A DNA stretch of 60,264 bases, counting the filler. It is 3 parts of 3 records of this genome, joined end to end, with 100 filler letters (N's around TTAATTAATTAA, not from the genome) between each part and the next. Parts side by side here need not be neighbours in the genome. Positions count along the whole stretch, not along the records: positions 21,152 to 52,913 come from DRR723986_11251; positions 53,014 to 60,264 come from DRR723986_11252; 1 more part is not named here. One strand, written 5' to 3'. This document shows positions 47,460 to 55,576 of this stretch, piece after piece. A program made the translations under genes and the position numbers. The notes below the pieces were generated by a model, which saw only the letters and a program-made list of their open reading frames with translations, did not search any database and was not told the DNA's origin. How positions within the stretch are numbered: the first letter of the stretch is position 1; each line of letters starts with the position of its first letter.

Positions 47460-50400
47460 ATGAAAAAGAATTTATACATGCCCACGAGAGCACTGTTATC
47501 TGTACTCTTGATGATGGCTGGATTATCTATTCAATCCAGCTCAATTGCACAACAATCTGGGGATATTTTGCTGACAGGTTCCGTGATGGAGCAGGAAACA
47601 AAACTACCTCTGTCCGGTGCCCTGGTCTTGATTAAAGAATTGGGCTTTTCTGCGGTAGCAGATGAAAGGGGAGACTTTAGTTTTTCTCTGCCTAAGGGTG
47701 AATATGAGTTAACCATCAGCTTTATAGGATTTAAGAAAGTCACTACCTCGGTGGCAGTTCCACAGCTGCAGCCTTTGATCATTTACCTTATGGAAGATCA
47801 AATGACCTTGGGTGAGGTAGAAGTACTGTCCACCGGATACCAGGAAATCCCAAAAGAAAGAGCTACAGGTTCCTTTGTTCACCTGGATAGGGAATTGCTC
47901 GATCGAAGAGTAAGTACCTCCATTTTGGAGCGTATGGAAGATGTGACTTCCGGGGTTTTATTTAATAGAAACACCTCTTCTACAGAACCACTTAGCATCC
48001 GTGGTAGAGGTACTTTATTTGGTAATACCCAACCCTTAATCGTAGTGGATAACCTACCCTATGAGGGAAGTATTGACAACATCAATCCAAACGATGTAGA
48101 GTCGATCACAGTGCTGAAGGATGCTGCTGCAGCTTCTATATGGGGAGCCCAAGCTGGCAACGGAGTTATTGTGATCACCACCAAATCAGGAAAGTATAAA
48201 CAGCCGCTACGGGTTTCAGTACAGTCAAACCTGACAATACTTGAAAAGCCAAATCTCTTTTATGCTCCTCAAATGGAGATCAGCGATTTTATAGCGCAGG
48301 AAAAAAGACTGTTCGAATCGGGCTATTACAATTCCCGAATCAACTCTTCGGCAAAGACTCCGCTTTCCCCAGTAGTGGAAACCTTACTTGCAGCAAAAGA
48401 AAATAGAATTACTCAAGCTGAGGCTGATGCGATTTTGGCTCAATATGGTACTCAGGATATACGAAAGGATCTTTCTCAGTATTATTATAGACAAGCGGTC
48501 AAACAGCAATATGCATTTCAGGTCAATGGTGGCGGTGATTCATATTTATATAATTTCTCGGGTGGATACGATCACAATCTCAATTCTCAGGTAGGTTCAA
48601 AAGATGATAGAATCACCTTAAATGCCAAACAGAACTGGAAGCTACTTAACGATAAGCTGGAACTTTTCACAGGTCTTTACCTTACAACAGCAGAGAATTT
48701 TATGGATACTGCCATTCCAGACCCAAGACCTTATGAAGCTTTAGCAGATGCTCAGGCAAATCCACTGCCTGTAGTAGCAGGACTTAGTACCCGTTTTGTG
48801 GAAAGCACCATGGACTCAGATCTCCTCGATTGGAGATCCATTCCCTTGAATGAGATTGGAAAGCGAAATATCCGCAGCGTTTCCACTGATATTCGGGTGA
48901 ATCTAGGCGCCAAATACCGTATTGTGAAAGGTCTTGACGCTCAGGTTCAATACCAGTACTGGACGAATATTACGGAGTACCGTAGTATTGAAACGGAGGA
49001 ACTTTATACCGTAAGGAACCAGATCAACAGTTTTACACAGGTACTGGATGATGGGAGTTTTTCTTATGCAGTGCCTAGAGGTGGAACTCTCAGCAATTCC
49101 AATGCTTCTTCCCATAGCCATAATTTAAGAGCCAATCTTAACTACTCCCTGAGTAAAGGCTCCCATCAATTTAACGTACTAGGAGGTTGGGAGATAAGGG
49201 ATCAAAGCAGCGTATCAGACAGGATGACCTATTTCGGTTACGATGATGACACTGGTTTGAGTACTCCTGTGGATTATATCACACGATTTCCTCAATATCA
49301 AAATCCAGGTGTAAAGCTCACCATTCCTTATCCAGCTGACCATACTGGATTGACAGACCGGTACCTCTCTTACTTCGGGAATCTGGGATATACCTATAAG
49401 GATAAATATCTCTTTACTGCGAGTGCCAGAAAGGATATGTCCAATCTATTTGGGGTAGATACCAACCAGAAAGGTGTTCCACTTTGGAGCTTAGGAGCTG
49501 GTTGGATTATCTCTGAAGAGAGTTTCTATGGACTGGATTGGATGCCTTTCCTGAAAATGAGAGTTAGCTATGGGTATAACGGCAACGTGGACAAAAATAC
49601 CAGCGCTTACACAACCATCAGATATGATAATTTCCATGAGTATATTCCAGGTCTACACTATGCCTATATTTCAAACCCTCCGAATAAAGACCTTAGATGG
49701 GAGAAAATTAGGATCACAAACCTTGCTATTGACTTTGAGTCAAGGTCAGGGAGAATTGCTGGTAGTCTGGAATTTTATGCGAAAAGGGGTGAGGATCTGA
49801 TTGGGGAAGCCGAAGTGCCGGATTCCAATGGGATATATCAGTTTAGGGGTAATTTTTCTACCACCCAAACAACTGGATTTGACCTTACTTTCAATACAAT
49901 TAACCTAAACAAGGAAATAGAGTGGAGTACGCAGTTGCTGCTCAGTGGGTGGAAAGACGAAGTAGTTGAATTTGATGGCAGTAGATCTGTTTCCCAGATT
50001 TTGGGCAGTAACTCAGCCAATCTAATTCCAGTAGTGGGTCAACCGCTGTTTGGGATTTATTCCCTTCCCTGGGGAGGCTTGGACCCAGCTAATGGAAATC
50101 CTTTGGGATACTTGGATGGAGAACTTTCTGAAGATTATACTAAAATCATTTCTTCCATGACACCCGAAAGCTTGATTTTCCATGGTTCGGCTAGACCAAC
50201 TTTGTTTGGATCTATAAGGAATACGGTGGACTGGAAAAGATGGAATCTTTCAATCAATATGTCATACCGCCTAGGATATTATTTCAGAAGAACTTCTGTT
50301 GATTATACAGCTCTTTCTAGAGGGGAAATTACCCATTCTGATTATAGTGATAGATGGCAACAAGCTGGGAATGAGGCCTTCACTCAGATTCCTTCCCAGC

Positions 50401-50672
50401 CAGCAAATCTCAACACACAACGTCATAATTTCTATAGCAGGTCGGCAGTGTTGGTGGAAAAAGGAGACCATATACGATTGCAGGATGTGAGAATGGGATA
50501 TGTCTGGGATAATGCCAGTTCGCCAAGGCTTCCTTTCAGAAAAATTGAAGCATTTGTTTACATGAACAACCTTGGGATCATTTGGAAAGCCACAGACATG
50601 GATTTGGATCCTGACTTTAGGACGATGAAACCTCTACAAAGTGCCTCTCTGGGACTTAGAATTGATCTTTAA
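47460..50672 (+). CDS. SusC/RagA family TonB-dependent outer membrane protein
   Basis: N-terminal carboxypeptidase-regulatory-like domain, TGYQEIPKERATGSF, INPNDVESITVLKDAAAASIWGAQAGNGVIVITTK, LRWEK. Confidence 0.95.
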   Translation: MKKNLYMPTRALLSVLLMMAGLSIQSSSIAQQSGDILLTGSVMEQETKLPLSGALVLIKELGFSAVADERGDFSFSLPKGEYELTISFIGFKKVTTSVAVPQLQPLIIYLMEDQMTLGEVEVLSTGYQEIPKERATGSFVHLDRELLDRRVSTSILERMEDVTSGVLFNRNTSSTEPLSIRGRGTLFGNTQPLIVVDNLPYEGSIDNINPNDVESITVLKDAAAASIWGAQAGNGVIVITTKSGKYKQPLRVSVQSNLTILEKPNLFYAPQMEISDFIAQEKRLFESGYYNSRINSSAKTPLSPVVETLLAAKENRITQAEADAILAQYGTQDIRKDLSQYYYRQAVKQQYAFQVNGGGDSYLYNFSGGYDHNLNSQVGSKDDRITLNAKQNWKLLNDKLELFTGLYLTTAENFMDTAIPDPRPYEALADAQANPLPVVAGLSTRFVESTMDSDLLDWRSIPLNEIGKRNIRSVSTDIRVNLGAKYRIVKGLDAQVQYQYWTNITEYRSIETEELYTVRNQINSFTQVLDDGSFSYAVPRGGTLSNSNASSHSHNLRANLNYSLSKGSHQFNVLGGWEIRDQSSVSDRMTYFGYDDDTGLSTPVDYITRFPQYQNPGVKLTIPYPADHTGLTDRYLSYFGNLGYTYKDKYLFTASARKDMSNLFGVDTNQKGVPLWSLGAGWIISEESFYGLDWMPFLKMRVSYGYNGNVDKNTSAYTTIRYDNFHEYIPGLHYAYISNPPNKDLRWEKIRITNLAIDFESRSGRIAGSLEFYAKRGEDLIGEAEVPDSNGIYQFRGNFSTTQTTGFDLTFNTINLNKEIEWSTQLLLSGWKDEVVEFDGSRSVSQILGSNSANLIPVVGQPLFGIYSLPWGGLDPANGNPLGYLDGELSEDYTKIISSMTPESLIFHGSARPTLFGSIRNTVDWKRWNLSINMSYRLGYYFRRTSVDYTALSRGEITHSDYSDRWQQAGNEAFTQIPSQPANLNTQRHNFYSRSAVLVEKGDHIRLQDVRMGYVWDNASSPRLPFRKIEAFVYMNNLGIIWKATDMDLDPDFRTMKPLQSASLGLRIDL

Positions 50673-50689
50673 CTAGTACTTATTTAATG

Positions 50690-50902
50690 ACATGAAATCG
50701 AGCATGACTAAAAAGTCACACACTGGCAGGTTTGTAATCGCTGCGAGATTCTCCCGATCCGCCGCGGCGGATCGGGACAGGCTATATGACCTTAAAAATC
50801 AACTTATAAACACATGAAATCGAGCATGACTCAAGAGTCACACAGAGAGATGATTATTCAACTTGCGAGATTCCATGTGACCTTAAAAATCAAATTATAA
50901 AC
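50690..50902 (+). repeat. Tandem 91-bp duplication, first copy carrying a 31-bp palindromic insertion
   Basis: ACATGAAATCGAGCATGACT...TGACCTTAAAAATCAA.TTATAAAC at 50690 and 50812; perfect 26-bp palindrome at 50752-50777. Confidence 0.92.
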
Positions 50903-50904
50903 AC

Positions 50905-52224
50905 ATGAAAAAATATATCTATACCATATGTTTTACGCTTTTGCTTGGAGGCTGTGATAGTTTTCTTGACGAAAAGCCAAGTAAAGACATTGATACTCCA
51001 GGTAGCCTTGAATCTCTTCAGGCCTTATTGGATAATTCATCGTCTATGAATGTATATCCAGCTTTACCCCTGATGATGGGAGATGAGTACTTCTCTGATG
51101 ATGCTGGCATACTTTCCCTGCCTCCCTGGCAGCAGAATCTATATCTATGGAAAGCTAAGCCCTTTCAGATCGATGATCAGATTTACAGTTGGCGAGACTC
51201 TTATAATCAGATTCAAACGGCTAACATTGTATTAGAAAGTCTTACAGAAATTGAGACCATTACTCCTCAGTGGAATGAGATCAAAGGGGCTGCTTTGTTC
51301 TTTAGAGCGCAGGCATATTTTAATTTGTACAATCTCTTTCTTGATGGCCCCAATTTGGAACAAACTGGATTGGCACCCTTAATCCCTATCAGAAGATCAT
51401 CGAAGATTATTCTGAAGGCTGAGTATACTGGCAAAGAGGAAATCAAAAAGCTTATTCGTGAGGATATGGAAGAGGCTGTAACCTTATTACCTGAAGTGGT
51501 TCTTTATCAATTTAGACCAGGAGTCAAAGCTGCGAAAGCACTGAAATCTCGGGTTTACTTGGCTTGGGAAGAATATGAAAATGCGCAAAAAGAAGCTGGG
51601 GAATTGATCCAAGCAGGGCTGGATTTAATGGACTATAGTAACTTAGATTCTACTGTGTCTTATCCATTTGATTTATTCAACTCCGAAGTACTATGGCAGA
51701 GTAGAATGGGAGGATATTCATTTATGTACTCCCAAAGTGCTTTTCAGGTTAATCCGGAATTATTGGCTCTCTATGATGATCAGGATTTAAGAAAGTCACT
51801 TCTATTTGTTAAGCGGCCAGCAGGTTACGTGAATTTCAGAGGGAGTTATGACGGTGGTATTACGCTCTTTGCCGGTCTGGCAGCGGATGAGGTTTATTTG
51901 ATTTATGCAGAATGTCTGATTAGAGCAGGCAATTTATCTCGTGCAGCTGATGTTTTGAATCAACTTTTGATGACACGCTATGCTGAAGGTTTTGAGCCTT
52001 TGCTGTTTGGTAATGAAACAGCAGCTTTGGACGTGGTTCTGAAGGAAAGAAGAAAAGAACTGCTCTTTCGAGGTTTGAGATGGCAAGATTTAAGACGACT
52101 GAATAAAGATGAGCGCTTTAAAACAACCTTGAACAGGTCTTTCCAGGCGGTTTCATATGAATTAGCTCCTAATTCTGAAAACTATGTTTTACCTGTTCCG
52201 CCGCGTGAATTAAGCTTTAATTGA
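50905..52224 (+). CDS. RagB/SusD family lipoprotein
   Basis: Lipobox LLGGC-DSFLDEKP, GAALFFRAQAYF, EVYLIYAE, ERRKELLFRGLRWQDLRR. Confidence 0.93.
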   Translation: MKKYIYTICFTLLLGGCDSFLDEKPSKDIDTPGSLESLQALLDNSSSMNVYPALPLMMGDEYFSDDAGILSLPPWQQNLYLWKAKPFQIDDQIYSWRDSYNQIQTANIVLESLTEIETITPQWNEIKGAALFFRAQAYFNLYNLFLDGPNLEQTGLAPLIPIRRSSKIILKAEYTGKEEIKKLIREDMEEAVTLLPEVVLYQFRPGVKAAKALKSRVYLAWEEYENAQKEAGELIQAGLDLMDYSNLDSTVSYPFDLFNSEVLWQSRMGGYSFMYSQSAFQVNPELLALYDDQDLRKSLLFVKRPAGYVNFRGSYDGGITLFAGLAADEVYLIYAECLIRAGNLSRAADVLNQLLMTRYAEGFEPLLFGNETAALDVVLKERRKELLFRGLRWQDLRRLNKDERFKTTLNRSFQAVSYELAPNSENYVLPVPPRELSFN

Positions 52225-52225
52225 T

Positions 52226-52256
52226 AAAAGAGGGCAAGGTGACAGACCTTGCCCTC
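52226..52256 (-). terminator. Intrinsic terminator between susD and the small peptide gene
   Basis: GAGGGCAAGGT-GACAG-ACCTTGCCCTC stem; AAAA on the left gives a U-tail on the minus strand. Confidence 0.8.
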
Positions 52257-52266
52257 AAAATTTAAT

Positions 52267-52524
52267 TTAAGGAATCAATACAAACTCCTTATTTGGTGAT
52301 CCTACCGGATGCGCAAGGTCGGGCTGTGAATACAGACAGATCTCACTTCCAGAATTACAGTTGTAATTCACTGGATTAGTTGGATCATTCACTTGAATCC
52401 AAGTTTCCCCATCATCCATGGTGGCAAACCTAGGTTCTTCCAGATCTGGACTTGAAAATGCAAAAGCTGCAAACGCTGCCAGCACAAAGGCAAACAGCGG
52501 TAAACGTTTAATTAAAGTATTCAT
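52267..52524 (-). CDS. Small secreted two-cysteine protein (DUF6520-like)
   Basis: Signal peptide KRLPLFAFVLAAFAAFAF; mature region of about 60 aa with YNCNSGSEICLY; family name recalled by resemblance. Confidence 0.75.
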   Translation of the reverse strand: MNTLIKRLPLFAFVLAAFAAFAFSSPDLEEPRFATMDDGETWIQVNDPTNPVNYNCNSGSEICLYSQPDLAHPVGSPNKEFVLIP

Positions 52525-52913
52525 CGTTATGCCCTGTTTTTTAACAGATCAAAAACAGGGAAACCGTTTCTGGTTATTTGCCTACTCTAAAAAGGGTTTT
52601 CGGCATCTCCCTTTCGGGAATTCATCAGCATAAACCAGCCTCGAGCTCTGGTCTTTTCGAGGGATAAATTCCCATTCTTATTTTTTGCAGCCCATTCTTG
52701 CAAGGTCTTGGGCTGTGGGGCGGTTTCAGCAGCCGCCCCTTTTTTAACCTTTGGGGTTTTCAAAACCCCGAAGGTTTCTACCTCGGTTCCTGTAATCTGG
52801 AACACCCCCAACCATGGTCTGTGTCTCAACGACCATTTTTTATTATTAAGCCGTACACCTCACATCCGAAATCGATTCGGTTTCATCTTGCTGGCATACC
52901 GAATTCATCTCCG

Positions 52914-53013
52914 NNNNNNNNNNNNNNNNNNNNNNNNNNNNNNNNNNNNNNNNNNNNTTAATTAATTAANNNNNNNNNNNNNNNNNNNNNNNNNNNNNNN
53001 NNNNNNNNNNNNN
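52914..53013. other. Artificial contig-joining spacer
   Basis: N-runs around TTAATTAATTAA. Confidence 0.97.
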
Positions 53014-53082
53014 CTGATGCTGAAGACCCGTAGACTTCCGGCTTTAGTCTCGGCGACAAACAAAAAGATCAAAAAGCGTAGC
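53014..53082. repeat. Copy of a long hairpin dispersed repeat (loop CCCGTAGA)
   Basis: GCTGAAGACCCGTAGACTTCCGGCT nearly identical to 60217-60242. Confidence 0.7.
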
Positions 53083-53156
53083 GCAGCTAGACGCGATCTT
53101 AACATGCATTAACAACATCTGCTTTGAGAACTGTAGACGCAATGCTAAATTGAGGC

Positions 53157-54986
53157 ATGCAGACCCAAGATAATGCACTTAAAAGCCCCCTCGTTCCTAC
53201 GAGTCCGAACACCGGAAGTAATACCGGCGAAGCCAATGACTCGCAAGCTCTGACGACCCTCTCCGCACAAATGCGCAGCCGCGTAGATTTGGATGTACTC
53301 CTTGCCCGCTGTGAAAGCCCGCATACTAAAGCTAAAGTCCTTTCGTCGCCGTCCGTTTTGCGTTATGTAATGGTTCCTAATGTCGACTACATTCAGGAAA
53401 TTACTGCGGAATTGCTCAAACAGTTGGATCCCACGCAACCAGGATGGGCGGGAGTTCGCCAACTGCGTGGCACGAGTTTTATGCATCTGGAACGATATGG
53501 TGCTGCGATAGAAGAGTTTAGATCCGCCGCCGAGTCTGCAATTATTATCGGTGATGATGACCTGCAGTTTAATGCAGAACTGCACGAAGCTATTAGCCTG
53601 ATAACAAGTACCAAAATCGACGAAGGCTTAGAGATACTTGAAAAGCTGCGCGATTCACTCGAAAGTGGCAAAACAGGGCTGCCTGAAGACAAGCAGAAAG
53701 AACGTCTGTTTACGATACTGTGCCACCTGATGCAACCCTATATCCACAAAGGATTTTTTAGCACGGCACTGGTGGCCGGAAACCAGGCTCTGGAGTTAAG
53801 CACTGAAAAATCCTCTGTTTTTCTGATACAAAACCTGTACACTTCCCTGGCAATGGTTCACGATCGGATTGGCAGTTATACCTCGGCTGAGCGCTTTCAC
53901 GATTTGTCGGAAGAAAATGCGCGCCGTGACAGCAATGTGCTTTCGGTTGCGCTGTCGATGATCAATCGTGTTAACCACCGCTTAACACATTCCGTGGCAG
54001 ATGACGAGACCCTGGAAATTCTGAGAGCGGCTGATGAGATACTGCTCAAACGGACAAAAAATCCACGCAGAATTTCGGTGACATTGTGTTACTCCCTGAT
54101 GTACATTCTGCGTGATGAGTTGGAACTGGCCCTGGAGCATACACAGCACGCGCTGGAAGTGGCGGCACAAATGGGTGTGCCTACTATCAGCAGCAGTGCG
54201 AATCGCTTTATGGCAATGATCCTGCTTAAACAGGATAAAGCCACTGAGGCACTTGAGTATGCTGTTAAGTCGGTAGAGTATGGACGTTTAAACAACAAAC
54301 CGATGGAAACCACGCAGAGCCTGCAAATTCTTGCCGATGTCTACAAACGTATGCGCGAGCATCAGAAGGCGTTTGACTGTCTGGAAGAAATCATCAAGAT
54401 TCACAATGACCAATTTGGAGCCAGCCACAAACAGCTGCATGCCGAGTTGCAGTCCACCGTTGCAGTTTCAATGGCACGACACCAGGCCGAAAATGCGCGT
54501 CACGAAGCCGATAAACAAAAACTGCTGGCCAAACAAATTGAAATACAACATCAACAGGTACGGCGTGAAGTCGTCGCTAAGGCACTGCAAATCTCTGAGA
54601 CTACGAACCTGCTGAATGCCTTAAATGATACCGTTGGCAAGGCGCGCAACGCCGGCCCCAAAACCGCCAAAAAATTGCTGCTGGAACTCTCGCGCGAGAT
54701 TAAGAATCACATTAATGCCGAGCAGAGCCGCGATACATTTGAGGAGGAGTTTTCTGTGCTCTACCCAAATTTTATCGACACACTTTCGCAGCAGTTTCCG
54801 GAGTTAACCGAGCAGGAACTGCGACTGTGTGCGTTGATACGCATCAAACTCTCTACCGATAATATCTGCCGCATTATGCGCATCGCCAAACGCAGCATTG
54901 AGAGTTACCGCTACAGAATCCGCAAGAAACTTGGGCTGGAACGCGGCGAAGACCTGGGATTGTTTTTGATGAAGTTTGGTGAATAA
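53157..54986 (+). CDS. TPR-containing LuxR-type HTH transcriptional regulator
   Basis: Helical TPR-like repeats, coiled coil, C-terminal FPELTEQELRLCALIRIKLS...SIESYRYRIRKKLGL. Confidence 0.88.
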   Translation: MQTQDNALKSPLVPTSPNTGSNTGEANDSQALTTLSAQMRSRVDLDVLLARCESPHTKAKVLSSPSVLRYVMVPNVDYIQEITAELLKQLDPTQPGWAGVRQLRGTSFMHLERYGAAIEEFRSAAESAIIIGDDDLQFNAELHEAISLITSTKIDEGLEILEKLRDSLESGKTGLPEDKQKERLFTILCHLMQPYIHKGFFSTALVAGNQALELSTEKSSVFLIQNLYTSLAMVHDRIGSYTSAERFHDLSEENARRDSNVLSVALSMINRVNHRLTHSVADDETLEILRAADEILLKRTKNPRRISVTLCYSLMYILRDELELALEHTQHALEVAAQMGVPTISSSANRFMAMILLKQDKATEALEYAVKSVEYGRLNNKPMETTQSLQILADVYKRMREHQKAFDCLEEIIKIHNDQFGASHKQLHAELQSTVAVSMARHQAENARHEADKQKLLAKQIEIQHQQVRREVVAKALQISETTNLLNALNDTVGKARNAGPKTAKKLLLELSREIKNHINAEQSRDTFEEEFSVLYPNFIDTLSQQFPELTEQELRLCALIRIKLSTDNICRIMRIAKRSIESYRYRIRKKLGLERGEDLGLFLMKFGE

Positions 54987-55089
54987 GAGATCAATCAAGC
55001 CTAAGCAACAGCCTTGCGCAATAATTACTGTCAAATCATCGTATCGCCTCCCACCAGTATCCATGCGCCATCCGAGCGATTTTTGACCT

Positions 55090-55140
55090 TTTGCAGTGGA
55101 TTTGCAGTGTTGCCTCAGGCCGCTACAAGCCCTAAATTGG
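55090..55140 (+). promoter_or_regulatory. Candidate direct-repeat operator and promoter
   Basis: TTTGCAGTG-GA-TTTGCAGTG (11-bp period) followed by TAAATTGG, resembling a -7 element. Confidence 0.45.
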
Positions 55141-55576
55141 TCAACATATTAAAGCAGCGACGTATTCCGGAAGTCGATTAGCCGGAAAACCAGACCAAAA
55201 CATGCGGATGATTTTGTATCTGGCTTTTAACACGTTAAACTGTTCGCCGGTAAATTTTCCTAAGCTCCGGCGATTTTTACAGCAAGCCCCAATTCAGCTA
55301 ATCAAGGGGCACCTACTTTGGGCGAGCCTGTTTTCAGCGAAGCTGCACGTGATGCGTGAAGCCGGACTGCTGCATGCCTGAAGTGTAAATCGACTCATTT
55401 CCAACAGCAAACTTCCACTACTTCAGCGCCAGAAACTGCGCGGAACGGCTGCTCTATGCCCGTTGCCAATGAAATGTGCTCAGCTTGCTGCCGGAAACAT
55501 CCACCCTGAACCTGCAATCAATCAAATCGTGGTAGATACACAGTTAACTACTCCCCTAAACAATCGCGGATGAACC

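Noticed and set aside
50690-50902. CRISPR array
   Set aside because: Only two long units with homologous middles and no cas genes. The heptamer tracts also lack repeat-spacer structure.
47460-52224. Classical polysaccharide utilisation locus linked to the GT cluster
   Set aside because: No glycoside hydrolases or PUL-type regulators; the neighbouring GT genes are biosynthetic and separately transcribed.
52587-52913. Short ORFs at the end of contig B
   Set aside because: Mutually overlapping, no recognisable motifs, and partly running into the N spacer.
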